Assembly: GCA_963836235.1 (NCBI GenBank) | Contig: CAWIIP010000004.1 | Span: 544,001 to 608,000, forward strand | DNA from: an uncultured Pseudomonadota bacterium | Lineage (GTDB): Bacteria > Oederibacteriota > Muellerivitia > Muellerivitales > Muellerivitaceae | Direction of reading: 5' to 3' | DNA: 64,000 bases | Shown: positions 39,011 through 49,531 of the stretch, one piece after another | Position numbering within the stretch: the stretch's first letter is position 1 | Layout: each line of letters begins with the position of its first letter | Position numbers and translations under genes: made by a program | The notes under the pieces: generated by a model | Seen by the model: the letters and a program-made list of their open reading frames with translations, nothing else | What the model was told of the DNA's origin: nothing | Database searches by the model: none

Positions 39011-41425
39011 CTATCGTATTAAAAGTAATCTCTTCATTTTTTGACTGAAGGGTTCCACGAGATACAAGACGTAAACCCCACTGGCGCAATTATCCCCGTA
39101 TTTATTTTTGCCGTCCCAATGGTATGACTGGCTGATGGGAGCGCTCAAAACTTGGTTATCCAGGGTTCGAATATGTTCACCCGCACTGTTATAAATCCAA
39201 AGGCTATAAGTCCCTGGAAATTTTGTGTATTGGACAAAAATAGAAACCGGGTTATCGTTCGTGGCGTTATAAACGTTTTGAGCTACGTAAAAGGTATCGA
39301 GGTCCGGGATGGGCGTCGGCGTAACAGTTGGGGTACAAGTAATAGTGGCAGTGGGGGTGTTTGTAGGTGTTTGGGTTGGGGTGCTAGTGATTTTAGGTGT
39401 GGGCGAAGGGGTGGCGGTGGGTGTTTGGGTGGGCGTGCTAGTGATACATCCGCTGTTGACGGTCAGGGTAACCGAGTTGGATTGAACCATAGAAACACCA
39501 TCGCCCATAACAGCGGCGAGATTAGATGATGTTCCGCAAGTGACGACAGCCGACAAAGTAATTGCCCCCGTCAGGTTGTAAGTGGTTACGGGATGGGTTC
39601 CGCCCAGGTCCCATTCTAGGTAATTACCGGTTTCTTTCGTTGGGGATTGGGGGGTAGAGGAAACAAAGGTTTCGGCTACCGGAAGGGTATCCCAAAGGCG
39701 GGGATTCACGACTGGTGAAGGCCCGTAAAGTTTCAAGTTGGAATAATAATCTGTCGAGGAAGACCCATCAGCCTGCCAACCCATTCGGTATTCCCCCCCA
39801 TTAATGGCGGTACAGGGAAGGGGACTTGTGTCGTTGACGTTGATGCTCCAGGTCGTTGGCTCGGGGGTACCCCGGGGCCAGACTTTAGCTTGAAAATTCA
39901 GGATTCCGGCGTTATAGGTCACCAAGACCTTCACGGTGTACCAAACCCCAGCGGTGATGGTGGTTCCGATTGTCGAATCACAAGGTTCGGCTGGGTAGGT
40001 AACCGTTCCCGCCGTGGAACTGTTTTTTTGTATGAAAAAATTTCCAGGGCCGCAATCCAGTGAAATTCCAACCATGTAGGCATCATTAACCCCGGGGGCG
40101 GCAAGGTTATCGGCGATTGCCATGGTGGCGTCGGCACCGGCCGCCGAGGAGGTGGGGATGTACATGTCTCCTTCCACCATAAAATCATTGCAAAGATTAA
40201 TCGGAGGCCCACTTCGGAGAAGGGTAGGGTAGTTGCCGTTTGTCACTCCGGAATTGCAGGCGCTATAGGCGCAAGCTTCGATGACATTGTTCCCGGAACC
40301 GGTGGGGTCAGGCTCAATGGTGAATCCCCCCATCCCGCCGGTATTCGTATAAATGTAGGTAGTCGCTCCGTCATAGGCTAAAATCGAGCTGTTGGTGGTT
40401 CCAACGGCGTTATTATCCAAGGTGTCATCGTCTTGCAGGCTTTCCCCGCTAACCTGGTAATTGAGTGTATAGGTTACGGTGGTCCCGCTACTGGGCGCGG
40501 TTGAGGATTCGCTTTTCAAGAGCGTAAAGCCCCCGGCTCCGATGTTCACTTGGGCTTGGTTTGAATTGACTGTTCCCGCCGTTGTCGAAGAAGCGGTCGC
40601 GGTGTTGGTGATAAGGGTACCGATGGGGACACCAGCATTCACTTTGGTCAAAAACCAGACCTCGCCGGTTTGTTGGGCCAAACTTGCCGTAAGTATCCAA
40701 GTAATGGTGCTGCCGTTTAATATCCCTCCAGGGCTAATAGAGCCGGAAGCGGCAGCCAAAGCCGTTCCTGTCGGGATTGTTTCAGTGATGGTGACCGATC
40801 CCGTGTTGACATAAGTGTAATCAACATCGAACAAAACCAGGTCTCCTGGATTGGCAGTGCTTCCGTCGGCAACATCGACCAAAGTGATATTTGGGGGGGG
40901 ATAAGGGATCGTGACGGTGGTGTTGATGCTGGGATAAGCGGTGCCGTTACACCCGATATAAAAATCATTTTCTTCCACGATTAAATTATATGAACCAGCC
41001 GAAAGGCTTGGGGGAATGGTAACGTTCCAAATCTGAGTAGTGGGGCAAGAAGCTGTTCCGGCAACGGCGACGCCGACCCATCCACCCCCCGTGTCATTGG
41101 AATCGTCGGTTGTTGAATTGACGGGGCTGGTCCCCTCCGGAGTGGTGGTGGAGTCCACTAACAGCACTTGATTGATTGCCGGGCAAGATTGTAGGGAGGT
41201 GGAAGAGGGATTCAACCCAACAAAAAAGTTGGGGGTTTTATATGTCCCCTCACAATAAACGACCGTTACCGCTACAACTGATCCGGGAGAAGGGTTTGCG
41301 TTGGAGATTGAAATGCTGTTAAAGGTCACCTGGGCGAAGCTAAAGTGGGAGATGAAAAGAAACGGAAAGAAGAAAAGGCTGCTTTTTTTAAAACGTTTTA
41401 AATCCCAGAAAAGATTGTTGATCAA
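39011..41425 (-). CDS. Secreted DUF11-like/lectin-like protein with Thr-Pro stalk and T9SS-like CTD
   Basis: Signal peptide (..SFA|Q), DUF11-like 'ITETIPTGT..ITW..GTLITNTAT', Cys pairs, TPT tract, [28 protein letters not shown]. Confidence 0.8.
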   Translation of the reverse strand: MINNLFWDLKRFKKSSLFFFPFLFISHFSFAQVTFNSISISNANPSPGSVVAVTVVYCEGTYKTPNFFVGLNPSSTSLQSCPAINQVLLVDSTTTPEGTSPVNSTTDDSNDTGGGWVGVAVAGTASCPTTQIWNVTIPPSLSAGSYNLIVEENDFYIGCNGTAYPSINTTVTIPYPPPNITLVDVADGSTANPGDLVLFDVDYTYVNTGSVTITETIPTGTALAAASGSISPGGILNGSTITWILTASLAQQTGEVWFLTKVNAGVPIGTLITNTATASSTTAGTVNSNQAQVNIGAGGFTLLKSESSTAPSSGTTVTYTLNYQVSGESLQDDDTLDNNAVGTTNSSILAYDGATTYIYTNTGGMGGFTIEPDPTGSGNNVIEACAYSACNSGVTNGNYPTLLRSGPPINLCNDFMVEGDMYIPTSSAAGADATMAIADNLAAPGVNDAYMVGISLDCGPGNFFIQKNSSTAGTVTYPAEPCDSTIGTTITAGVWYTVKVLVTYNAGILNFQAKVWPRGTPEPTTWSINVNDTSPLPCTAINGGEYRMGWQADGSSSTDYYSNLKLYGPSPVVNPRLWDTLPVAETFVSSTPQSPTKETGNYLEWDLGGTHPVTTYNLTGAITLSAVVTCGTSSNLAAVMGDGVSMVQSNSVTLTVNSGCITSTPTQTPTATPSPTPKITSTPTQTPTNTPTATITCTPTVTPTPIPDLDTFYVAQNVYNATNDNPVSIFVQYTKFPGTYSLWIYNSAGEHIRTLDNQVLSAPISQSYHWDGKNKYGDNCASGVYVLYLVEPFSQKMKRLLLIR

Positions 41426-41534
41426 CCGGGAGCCTCCGAAAACGTGTTTTGAAAAGCTTTTAAAATATAAAACTAAAATAGGGGGATGGTCGCATCGAAT
41501 GAGAAATAGATAAATTAAGAAGGCTGGCCAATTA

Positions 41535-42989
41535 TTATCTTATCAACAGGATTCTTTTTATTTTAATGCCAAAAGGTTCGACGAGGTAAAAAATATAGAC
41601 GCCGCTGGCACATTTCTCGTTGTATTTGTTGGTTCCGTCCCAAGAGTAGGACTGAACAATGGAGCTACCCAGGTTTTGGGAATCCAAGGTTTTAATATGT
41701 TCCCCCGCCGAGTTATAGATCATCAGCGAATAATTTCCAGGATATATAGCGTAGGCCACAAAAATGGAAACGGGTCCATTGGCGGGGTTGAAAGCGTTTT
41801 CCGACACGTAAAATGTATCTGCGGGAGTGGGAGTAGGGGTACAAGTATTGCCGGGATATCCACAAGGAGTGGGTGTGGAAGTTGGAGTAAAAGTGTTGGT
41901 GGGGGTAAAAGTATTTGTCGGGGTGAAAGTTTTGGTTGGCGTGTTGGTGGGAGTGCTGGATGGAGTTTCCGTAGCCGTCAAAGTAGGTGTAAAAGTGTTC
42001 GTGTAGGTGAAGGTCTGCGTGGGGGTATAGGTATTGGTAGGGGTGGGAGTGACCGTAGGGGTGTTGGTGGGGGTAGGTGTATCAGTAATCGTCGGGGTGC
42101 TGGTGACGGTAAAGGTCGGGGTTGGGGTGAAGGTATTTGTTGGCGTAAAAGTTTGAGTGGGTGTGAAGGTTTGAGTTGGAGTGAAAGTGGACGTGAAGGT
42201 CGGAGTATTAGTTGCCGTGGACGTGGTTGTCGAGGTGAAGGTTGAGGTTGGGGTAGCGGTTGGGGTTGGTATTACGACCAATTGGCGCCAGTAAAGAATG
42301 CCGCAGCTTCCCGCAACGTATCCGGATGCGTTATAGGAAACCGGTGGGATCAAAGCGCCAGTGACAGGATCATAGATAGATGCGGCAAAGCTGGTGCCGG
42401 TAACTGGAGCCCCGGTGAGGGTAAAAGGGCTGGAGGCGGGGTTATATAGAAAGGAACTCCAAGGATTGCCGCTGCCATCATTACCTGGTGGAGCGGCTCC
42501 TGTTCCACTACATCCGGTGACTCCTGCTCCCGCTCCATTGGGGTCAAAATAAAGGGGGATACTAGCATAAGTTTCACTGGAGATGACCCATTGGAACCCG
42601 CTACTGCAGGTGATGTCCAGTTCCCAGGAGCTAAAGACTAAAGTTGGATTGATGTTGTCTGTTTCAACCGCAACAAGAACGCTTTGGCCCTCGTTGAAGA
42701 CGGATGTCGGCACGGCAATCGGTGAGGGAGTGCATCCGCCCCCACAGTAGCTGATGGCTCCCCCTCCGACGGAAGTTCCGTTGATCCAGACGTAAGACGT
42801 ATCATCCCCCGAAACAAGCAATTGAGCCGATGCGGGAGTGCATTGGGCAGATGACAAATGAGGGATCGAAAGAAATAAGGAGACAACGAAGAAGAAGAGA
42901 AGTTGGGAATATTCTTTTAGCGCGAATTTGGATTTTTTCTCCGACAAGGCCGTTCCTTTAGAGGATTGATTGGGATCGAAATTAAACAC
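41535..42989 (-). CDS. Secreted jelly-roll-like protein with Thr-Pro stalk and T9SS-like CTD
   Basis: Signal peptide (..SSA|QC), '[11 protein letters not shown]' galactose-binding-fold-like motif, (T/N)TFTP repeats, [28 protein letters not shown]. Confidence 0.78.
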   Translation of the reverse strand: MFNFDPNQSSKGTALSEKKSKFALKEYSQLLFFFVVSLFLSIPHLSSAQCTPASAQLLVSGDDTSYVWINGTSVGGGAISYCGGGCTPSPIAVPTSVFNEGQSVLVAVETDNINPTLVFSSWELDITCSSGFQWVISSETYASIPLYFDPNGAGAGVTGCSGTGAAPPGNDGSGNPWSSFLYNPASSPFTLTGAPVTGTSFAASIYDPVTGALIPPVSYNASGYVAGSCGILYWRQLVVIPTPTATPTSTFTSTTTSTATNTPTFTSTFTPTQTFTPTQTFTPTNTFTPTPTFTVTSTPTITDTPTPTNTPTVTPTPTNTYTPTQTFTYTNTFTPTLTATETPSSTPTNTPTKTFTPTNTFTPTNTFTPTSTPTPCGYPGNTCTPTPTPADTFYVSENAFNPANGPVSIFVAYAIYPGNYSLMIYNSAGEHIKTLDSQNLGSSIVQSYSWDGTNKYNEKCASGVYIFYLVEPFGIKIKRILLIR

Positions 42990-43111
42990 TAGATTTGGGG
43001 AAATTCAAAGCTGGTTCTTCTCTACTATTTTACCGCATTATTTCAAATCGTAACTAAAACCCTTTAATATTAGAAACTGAAGGCACCCACGGTTTAAATT
43101 CAGGGCGAAGC

Positions 43112-44632
43112 TTATAACCAACCTTCATTCATCAATATGTTTTGGAGTTGGGGGTCATTGACAGATAAAGGGGGAAGCCAGGTTCCCAAATCGGCCCTCT
43201 CCCACCATTGGCCAATAGGGTGGCTTAACGGCGCGAATTGATAACGGAAAAGACGGGCTCGAATATAAGTGGGAGCTCCACCCGGGAAAGGATTCCCTGC
43301 CAAGAGGCTCAAGGCCGAGGGGTCGTTATGGAGGAGCTTCCAAACGAAGTTGTAAACCCAGGGGTATTGGCTAGGTTCGGACATGGCGGCAAACCAGATT
43401 TGCCAATCCAATCGATATTGATAGGGAGAACAAACACATGGCCGCCGGTAAAGATTTCCAGGCTGGCATTTGAAATCATAGGCTGTCCAAATGGTTTCCG
43501 GTGTTAAGACCAGGTCGGAAGTCCCCTCAAAGACCAATTGAAGACGTTCCCGTCCTACCGACCCGAAAGCCCCATAGGTGTTTACCAAGTGTAGTGTTTC
43601 AAAGGAGGTGTTCATCGCCTGGTTGGGAGAGAAAAGGTTTAAAACAGGATTCACGCTTAAAAGAGCAACTGAAACGGTGAGACCCCAGGCGGCAAATCGG
43701 GAAGAGGGATTTTTTTGTGAACGATAAATTGCCAGATTGGCTTTTTCCACGAGATGTCGAGGTAATAAGGATTGCCAGAAATCGTCGTCAAAACAACTTA
43801 GTATCGGAACGAGGGTCAGCCAATTTAAAAACGAAAGGTTGCCACTAAGGATGAGAAAGATTTGAAAGACTGCCATAAGGCAGCCCGCCGCCGTCCGGAT
43901 CCGTCTTCCGAATACGAGGCCCCAAGGCGCTATGAGTTCCACCAAAAAATTGTAAATGGCCCCGGCTTTGTGGAACCAAAGGGGCATGAAATGAAAATAA
44001 GGGCTTAAGGGGTTGGGAATGGGTTGGGTTTCGTAATGGTACTTTAGGCAGGTTAAATCCCTCCAACAGGGATCACCCCTCATTTTGATGAGTCCAGAAC
44101 CGAGCATGATCCGGAAAATAAGCCACCGGAAAAGCCAGATGACCTGTATGGGTGGAGGGGTTTTGGGAAAGGGCCGCCCGTCCAGAAAGGGAACCAAAAA
44201 TACGGCCAGGAAGCCGGTCTCTAAAAGTTGAATTTCCCAACCGTAACCATACCAGTCCTGCCCAATGTGCACGAAGGAAAGGTACAGGGCCCAGAGGAAT
44301 AACAGTAAAAAACCGTTGGCGAAACCCGCTAAAACCAAAAATGAAAAAAGGGCTCCGACCCAAGCGGCCCCTACCATAAAACCGTCCGTGTGCCAAAACC
44401 AGAAGAGGGATGGTAAATGAAGGAAACCTTGACCTAAGGAGCCCGCTTCTGCTTGGAGTCGGGAAAGGAAGAGCGGGGCAGGGGTGAGCCCTTTTTCCCC
44501 TAAAAGCGGTTTCAGTTGTTGAGCGAGGGAAATAAAGGCAACGAAATAAACAAGTCCCAACAGCCGCAAAATCATGAAGCGGGTCAACCAATAAGTTGGT
44601 TTAGCTGGGACGATTTCGGATTCGTTTACCAT
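43112..44632 (-). CDS. Lipase maturation factor (LMF1) family membrane protein
   Basis: 'LRLLGLVYFVAF.S', 'YGWEIQLLETGFL', 'HYETQPIPNP', 'SGNLSFLNWLT', 'VNTYGAFG', 'PYQYRLDWQIWFAAM'. Confidence 0.93.
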   Translation of the reverse strand: MVNESEIVPAKPTYWLTRFMILRLLGLVYFVAFISLAQQLKPLLGEKGLTPAPLFLSRLQAEAGSLGQGFLHLPSLFWFWHTDGFMVGAAWVGALFSFLVLAGFANGFLLLFLWALYLSFVHIGQDWYGYGWEIQLLETGFLAVFLVPFLDGRPFPKTPPPIQVIWLFRWLIFRIMLGSGLIKMRGDPCWRDLTCLKYHYETQPIPNPLSPYFHFMPLWFHKAGAIYNFLVELIAPWGLVFGRRIRTAAGCLMAVFQIFLILSGNLSFLNWLTLVPILSCFDDDFWQSLLPRHLVEKANLAIYRSQKNPSSRFAAWGLTVSVALLSVNPVLNLFSPNQAMNTSFETLHLVNTYGAFGSVGRERLQLVFEGTSDLVLTPETIWTAYDFKCQPGNLYRRPCVCSPYQYRLDWQIWFAAMSEPSQYPWVYNFVWKLLHNDPSALSLLAGNPFPGGAPTYIRARLFRYQFAPLSHPIGQWWERADLGTWLPPLSVNDPQLQNILMNEGWL

Positions 44633-44795
44633 GGGACATCATTTTACTTTAAACCCAATAGGTATTGAGGGATGGCTATACCAAATCTTTACTCACATTG
44701 GGTTTACTTTTTCATGCATTTTGGAAGCCGGGACATGGAATGGAATCATGTGATAGGATAAAACAATTGAGTATTGGCTTTTATTTATAAAGAGG

Positions 44796-46136
44796 ATGAT
44801 CGTGCGATCTTATGCTGAAATCTCAAAATTGAAGCTGGTTTGTTTCGTCTCCCTGGGGGTGATGGTCCCCATTTTTGCCGTTGCTCAATGCCCGAACAAT
44901 CCAGTCCTCACCCCTACTCTATGGGCGGCTGGCACAGGCAGTGCCACCTATTCCAGTTCCAGTCAGGCATATACCGTCATTGGTACTGGAACCTATGCTA
45001 ACGGACAGCATTACGAAAATGGTTCCGCGGATTTAATGACATTGGCGGGAAATGGGCAAATCATAGCGGAGGTCACGAGCATTTCAGGGAATTTAGGCTC
45101 GGATACGGTTGCCGGGATTTTCATCCGTGGTGATAACACCGCAGGGGCGGATGGAGGCCTCTTGTGGATAAGGGGATCGTCACGTTCCCAGTACCAATTT
45201 GCCGCGAGAATCAATGACGGCCCTTTGACCGAAATAGAGTCCGGAACAGTTCCTTCGCTACCTTATTGGCTACGTCTTCAAAACTCAGGGAATGTCCTTT
45301 ATCCCTCAGTCTCCACGAACGGTAGTGCCTGGACCCTCTTACCGGCTTTGGATTTGACTTCCGATAGCGCATTTATTGCTGGCAGTACCCTGGCGTACGG
45401 ATTAATGGTTTGGAGCGGAAGCGACAGTAAACCAACCACAGCGGTTTTCGGTAATGTATGCGTGAATTCCGCATTCAGCCCATATCCAACCTTGACCCCT
45501 ACCTTCACGCCGACCCCAACCTTGACTGCAACCTACACGGCCACTTCAACATCCACGTCATCATCCACCCCCACCATTCTGTCCACTCGAACTTTCACTC
45601 CCACCAATACCATGATTTTCACCACCACGCAAACGCCCAGCTTGACCCCGACCAACACGGTCAGGGTTACACCCACCTCATCGCCCACCCGGACCTTTAC
45701 GTCCACTCAGACCAACACGCCCATTTCAACCTTCACCCTCAGCTCCACCTTTTCTGAAACCAATAGCCCGACTTTCACTCACACGTCCACGATTACCCCT
45801 ACTCCCACTAATACATCGAGCCCTCTTCCTACCGGAACACCTACCAATACTTCAACCCCTCCTCCTGGCTTGAAGGTTTGGCCCAACCCTTTCACGCCGC
45901 TACTCCCGACCAACAATATCACCCATTTCCTGTTACCTGAAGGCCATGGCGCTGGACGATTGTTGATCGCTGACTTGAAGCGGAAACTCGATCGCTCAAT
46001 TGATTTCGGGTCGGGGGCGGACGTTCAATGGGATGGCAGGGACAACGGTGGAAACGCCGTTTCTGCCGGCGTTTATCTTTATCTTTTGGAATCGGACGGT
46101 ATGGTTCGTCGGGGAACCATCACCGTAATGCGATGA
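44796..46136 (+). CDS. Secreted concanavalin-like (DUF1349-like) protein with Thr stalk and type-B-like T9SS CTD
   Basis: Signal peptide, 'AGIFIR..LPYWLRLQ..S.NGSAWT', Thr tract, CTD WPNPFTP..WDGRD..AGVYLY..GTITVMR. Confidence 0.78.
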   Translation: MIVRSYAEISKLKLVCFVSLGVMVPIFAVAQCPNNPVLTPTLWAAGTGSATYSSSSQAYTVIGTGTYANGQHYENGSADLMTLAGNGQIIAEVTSISGNLGSDTVAGIFIRGDNTAGADGGLLWIRGSSRSQYQFAARINDGPLTEIESGTVPSLPYWLRLQNSGNVLYPSVSTNGSAWTLLPALDLTSDSAFIAGSTLAYGLMVWSGSDSKPTTAVFGNVCVNSAFSPYPTLTPTFTPTPTLTATYTATSTSTSSSTPTILSTRTFTPTNTMIFTTTQTPSLTPTNTVRVTPTSSPTRTFTSTQTNTPISTFTLSSTFSETNSPTFTHTSTITPTPTNTSSPLPTGTPTNTSTPPPGLKVWPNPFTPLLPTNNITHFLLPEGHGAGRLLIADLKRKLDRSIDFGSGADVQWDGRDNGGNAVSAGVYLYLLESDGMVRRGTITVMR

Positions 46137-48001
46137 AGTTAAAAATTAAAAGCGTTTTCACCACCAAACCACTAAGGCGCCAAGAATATCGAAAAGAGGC
46201 TTGTTTCTATTTAAGTATTCATTTTTTTTATTTCACTTGGTGTTGTCTTAGCGCCTTGGTATTTATTTTCGACTTTGGCTGCAGTGAAGCCGCATTTTTG
46301 GATTTTAGCCCGCCCGCCCGGGAAGCCGCCTTAGGAGGGAATGGGGTGGCTCTTCCGGAAGGAACATCCAGCCTGGCTTTTAATCCGGCAGGCCTTGGGG
46401 ATGAATACCGATTTGAAGTTTCGGCCCGCTATGAAAATCTTTTTTCAGGGATCGATGGTGACAACCTTTCCACTGGAAACCTGTCGGCGGTTTTCCCATT
46501 GGACATAGGGGACGGTTTAGGCTTTTCTATCGACCACTTTGGTGCCAACACTCTCCAGCAGGATCGGTTTCAGGCCGCGTTCGGAAAAAGTTTTGAAGCT
46601 AATTCCTTTCTCCATCACTTAAGGTTGGGCGTCAACCTCTCTTACTTTCGGCAACAATTCACACTTTTGGCTCCCCTGGCCGGAGTGAATCCCGCTAATG
46701 TCTCGGCGGGAACCCTTTCGGTTGGAGTTGGAGCACTTTATAACGCTTTCTCTTGGGGTACTCTCGGGATTTCCGCCGAGAACTTGAACCAGCCTAATCT
46801 CGGGGTAGTGGGTGTTGACACGGTACCCATTCTGCTTCGGTATGGTGTGGCTGTTCTTCCGCCAATGGGGACTGATCGGTTGGCTTTTACCCTTGCTCAA
46901 TCCTTGAGCGCAGGCATATTGGATACTCAGGCTGGAGCTGAATGGAATATTACTCGTTGGGGTGTTTCCTTAAGGGCTGGAGGCGATGCCAATATGGGAG
47001 TAGCCGGATTTGGGTGGAGGACTAATGGCTTGAGGATTGATTACGCTTACCAATTCTCCTGGAACCAAGCGCCTGCCCTCAATGGAGTTGGACTGCCTGG
47101 AAGCTCCCTCTTGGAAGTGGGATTTAGCTGGGAAAATACCTCGCGGGAGGGAAAGGTTTTCGACGAATTGGTGTTGAAAGGGAAAGCGGCGCTTAAAGAT
47201 CAGCAGTGGAAAGATGCTTTTTGGGACTTCCAACAGGCTTATTTGTTAAAACCTTCCGACCCCTCGGTTCTTCAAGGTCGCTCGGAAGCCTTGAAGCAAT
47301 ACAATCATCAGCGGGCAGAAGCCTATTACCAAGCTGGGGACAAAGCTGAAAACCAAGGCTATTTCCTGGAAGCCCAACGGAACTATGAGTGGGCCGGTTC
47401 TTTGGCTCCCGAGGAAGTAAGGTATTCTCAAGCCAGGGATCGGGTGAAAAAATCAATGACACAGGGAGCATTAGGGGATCCTAGGGTCGGGGATATTTTG
47501 GAAAAATCGATGATATTCGTGAAGAAGGGGGAAAACGGGGAGGCCTTAAAGAAAATCAAGGAAGCGCTGGCTCTTTATCCTGGGGACGCGTTCCTTCAGT
47601 TCGTCGCCAAGGCATTTGCCCGAAAGAGCAGTTCGCCGGCGGAGCATGAGGATAAAAAGATGGAACAATTGGCTGCGGAAGCGGAAATCTTTCGTAGCAA
47701 GGGACGATTGGACCTCGCTCGCGACACATGGCAGGAGATGCTGAAGGCGGATCCTTCCAACGCAATGGCTCGGGAAAATCTTTCCGAAAACGCGACAACT
47801 GGACCTGCTCAAACCCTCTCCGAATCCCAAAAGAACCAGGTCCAGGCGCTTTTGCAAAGGGGGTTGAAAGCTTACGCCAATGGGGATACGGAAGCGGCCG
47901 TGAAAGATTGGGAGGATGTCCTTCTGATCGATCCCCTCGATGTGAATGCCTTGAATAATTTGACCCGCGTCAAAATGGAAGAAGGGGGCGATAAAAAGTG
48001 A
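46133..48001 (+). CDS. PorP/SprF- or PorV-like beta-barrel fused to C-terminal TPRs
   Basis: 'AREAALGG..FNPAGL', 'NLNQPNLG', 'RIDYAYQF', followed by TPR helices; ATGA overlap with the cargo gene. Confidence 0.75.
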   Translation: MKLKIKSVFTTKPLRRQEYRKEACFYLSIHFFYFTWCCLSALVFIFDFGCSEAAFLDFSPPAREAALGGNGVALPEGTSSLAFNPAGLGDEYRFEVSARYENLFSGIDGDNLSTGNLSAVFPLDIGDGLGFSIDHFGANTLQQDRFQAAFGKSFEANSFLHHLRLGVNLSYFRQQFTLLAPLAGVNPANVSAGTLSVGVGALYNAFSWGTLGISAENLNQPNLGVVGVDTVPILLRYGVAVLPPMGTDRLAFTLAQSLSAGILDTQAGAEWNITRWGVSLRAGGDANMGVAGFGWRTNGLRIDYAYQFSWNQAPALNGVGLPGSSLLEVGFSWENTSREGKVFDELVLKGKAALKDQQWKDAFWDFQQAYLLKPSDPSVLQGRSEALKQYNHQRAEAYYQAGDKAENQGYFLEAQRNYEWAGSLAPEEVRYSQARDRVKKSMTQGALGDPRVGDILEKSMIFVKKGENGEALKKIKEALALYPGDAFLQFVAKAFARKSSSPAEHEDKKMEQLAAEAEIFRSKGRLDLARDTWQEMLKADPSNAMARENLSENATTGPAQTLSESQKNQVQALLQRGLKAYANGDTEAAVKDWEDVLLIDPLDVNALNNLTRVKMEEGGDKK

Positions 48002-49410
48002 AGTTGACGACAAGATTCTTCTTCAGCCACAGCGGAGTTATGGTGGTGTCCCTTCTCGTCAGCTTCTTTCTTATTTATGAGGGATCCCGTCTGCTTTATC
48101 AACGGCAGGCGAAACTGAGTCAAGCTCAGAAAATTTCCGATTTTGCCCTTGCCGCTAAGGAAGCCCTGATCCAACACGAGGATGTTGCTGTTTTGAATTT
48201 TATGAGGTCGGCCGTGGAAAATCCAACCGTGGCTTACGCGGCCTATTCTAATCCTTCTTATGGTACTCACGTTGTTTTGCCGGGTTCATTTCAAAAAGAA
48301 TCGTTCACTTCGGGAACCGGAAAATTCGCCCTGTCTGACTCTCCCATTCGGCGCGATTTTCAAAACGGGATGAAAGTCCTGGAATGGACAACTTCGGTTC
48401 GGTTGGAAAATGGGGAAATGGGACGTGTTTGGCTGGGTTATTCTTTGGCCGCGCTGGAAAAAGACCTAAAAGACCAAACCGCAAAGTGGATGCGCTTAGA
48501 ATTGGAAGCGGTCGCCGTCGCGCTGTTGGTTGGTCTTTTGGTTTCCGTGATATTGGGTCGACAAATGGCTGCTCCACTGATGAAAATCCGTAATGGGATG
48601 CAATTGGTGCGTTCGGGCAAACTCGGTTCCCTGGTGGAAGTGAAACGGAAGGACGAGATTGGGGACTTGGCAAGGGATTTTAATTCCATGGTCGTACAGC
48701 TTAAGGAACTGGACGAAATGAAACGGGATTTCGTTTCGGGTGTTACGCATGACCTGGGAACACCCCTGCACGCAATCCGTAGCGCCATCAATTATCTCCA
48801 AGCTGGCGACGCGGGGCCCTTGACGGAGAAACAATCCGAGTACCTTTTAATGGTTGCCAACAGTACCGCCAACTTAACCGCCTTCATCAACAACCTTTTA
48901 ACCACCGCGCGCATCGAGGCAGCCAAGGTAGACCCCTACCCAGAGCCAGTTGATGTTTATGCCCATATAAAGGAGTTAGTAGATCTCTATCAGCCTCAAG
49001 CGGCTGAAAAAGGCGTCAAGCTTACTCTCGTCAGGAAAACCCAATATATTTCCTTGGTCGCAGACGTGACTATGTTCCGGCAAATTGTCCTGAATCTCCT
49101 TTCCAATGCCTTAAAGTTCACGGTTCGCGGTGAAGTGGATATCATCCTTTCAGAACATGATGGAGACTTTGTTTTGGAAGTTAGGGATACAGGTATCGGA
49201 ATCGATTCCCAGCACCATCAGCTCATTTTCGATAAGTTTTACCGGGTTCACCAACCGCCTGGAACGCCCGCGCGTCAGGGAAGCGGACTGGGGTTGACCA
49301 TTGTCAAGGGTTTGGCGGAGGCTCATGGAGGTAGAGTTACGGTTGAAAGTACTGTTGGAAAAGGGAGCGTTTTTAGAGTGTTTCTCCCCAAGCAGCCTCG
49401 AAGGTTTTGA
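47998..49410 (+). CDS. HAMP-domain sensor histidine kinase
   Basis: Two TMs, HAMP 'DEIGDLARDFNSM', H-box 'VTHDLGTPL', 'NLLSNALKFT', 'DTGIGI', 'GSGLGL'. Confidence 0.95.
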   Translation: MKLTTRFFFSHSGVMVVSLLVSFFLIYEGSRLLYQRQAKLSQAQKISDFALAAKEALIQHEDVAVLNFMRSAVENPTVAYAAYSNPSYGTHVVLPGSFQKESFTSGTGKFALSDSPIRRDFQNGMKVLEWTTSVRLENGEMGRVWLGYSLAALEKDLKDQTAKWMRLELEAVAVALLVGLLVSVILGRQMAAPLMKIRNGMQLVRSGKLGSLVEVKRKDEIGDLARDFNSMVVQLKELDEMKRDFVSGVTHDLGTPLHAIRSAINYLQAGDAGPLTEKQSEYLLMVANSTANLTAFINNLLTTARIEAAKVDPYPEPVDVYAHIKELVDLYQPQAAEKGVKLTLVRKTQYISLVADVTMFRQIVLNLLSNALKFTVRGEVDIILSEHDGDFVLEVRDTGIGIDSQHHQLIFDKFYRVHQPPGTPARQGSGLGLTIVKGLAEAHGGRVTVESTVGKGSVFRVFLPKQPRRF

Positions 49411-49531
49411 AATAGTTGGAGGACTAGGGATAATAGTGGATAAAAAATAGCGGATTGTACTTCCACAAATAAAATCCATAAGAGTGTGCTGAAAAACACA
49501 TTTTTAGTAAACTGTTAAATATAAAGGCCAC

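Noticed and set aside
44688-44707. TTTAC pair upstream of the 44796 operon as a fifth regulator box
   Set aside because: Spacing is 15 bp, not the 11-bp period of the other arrays
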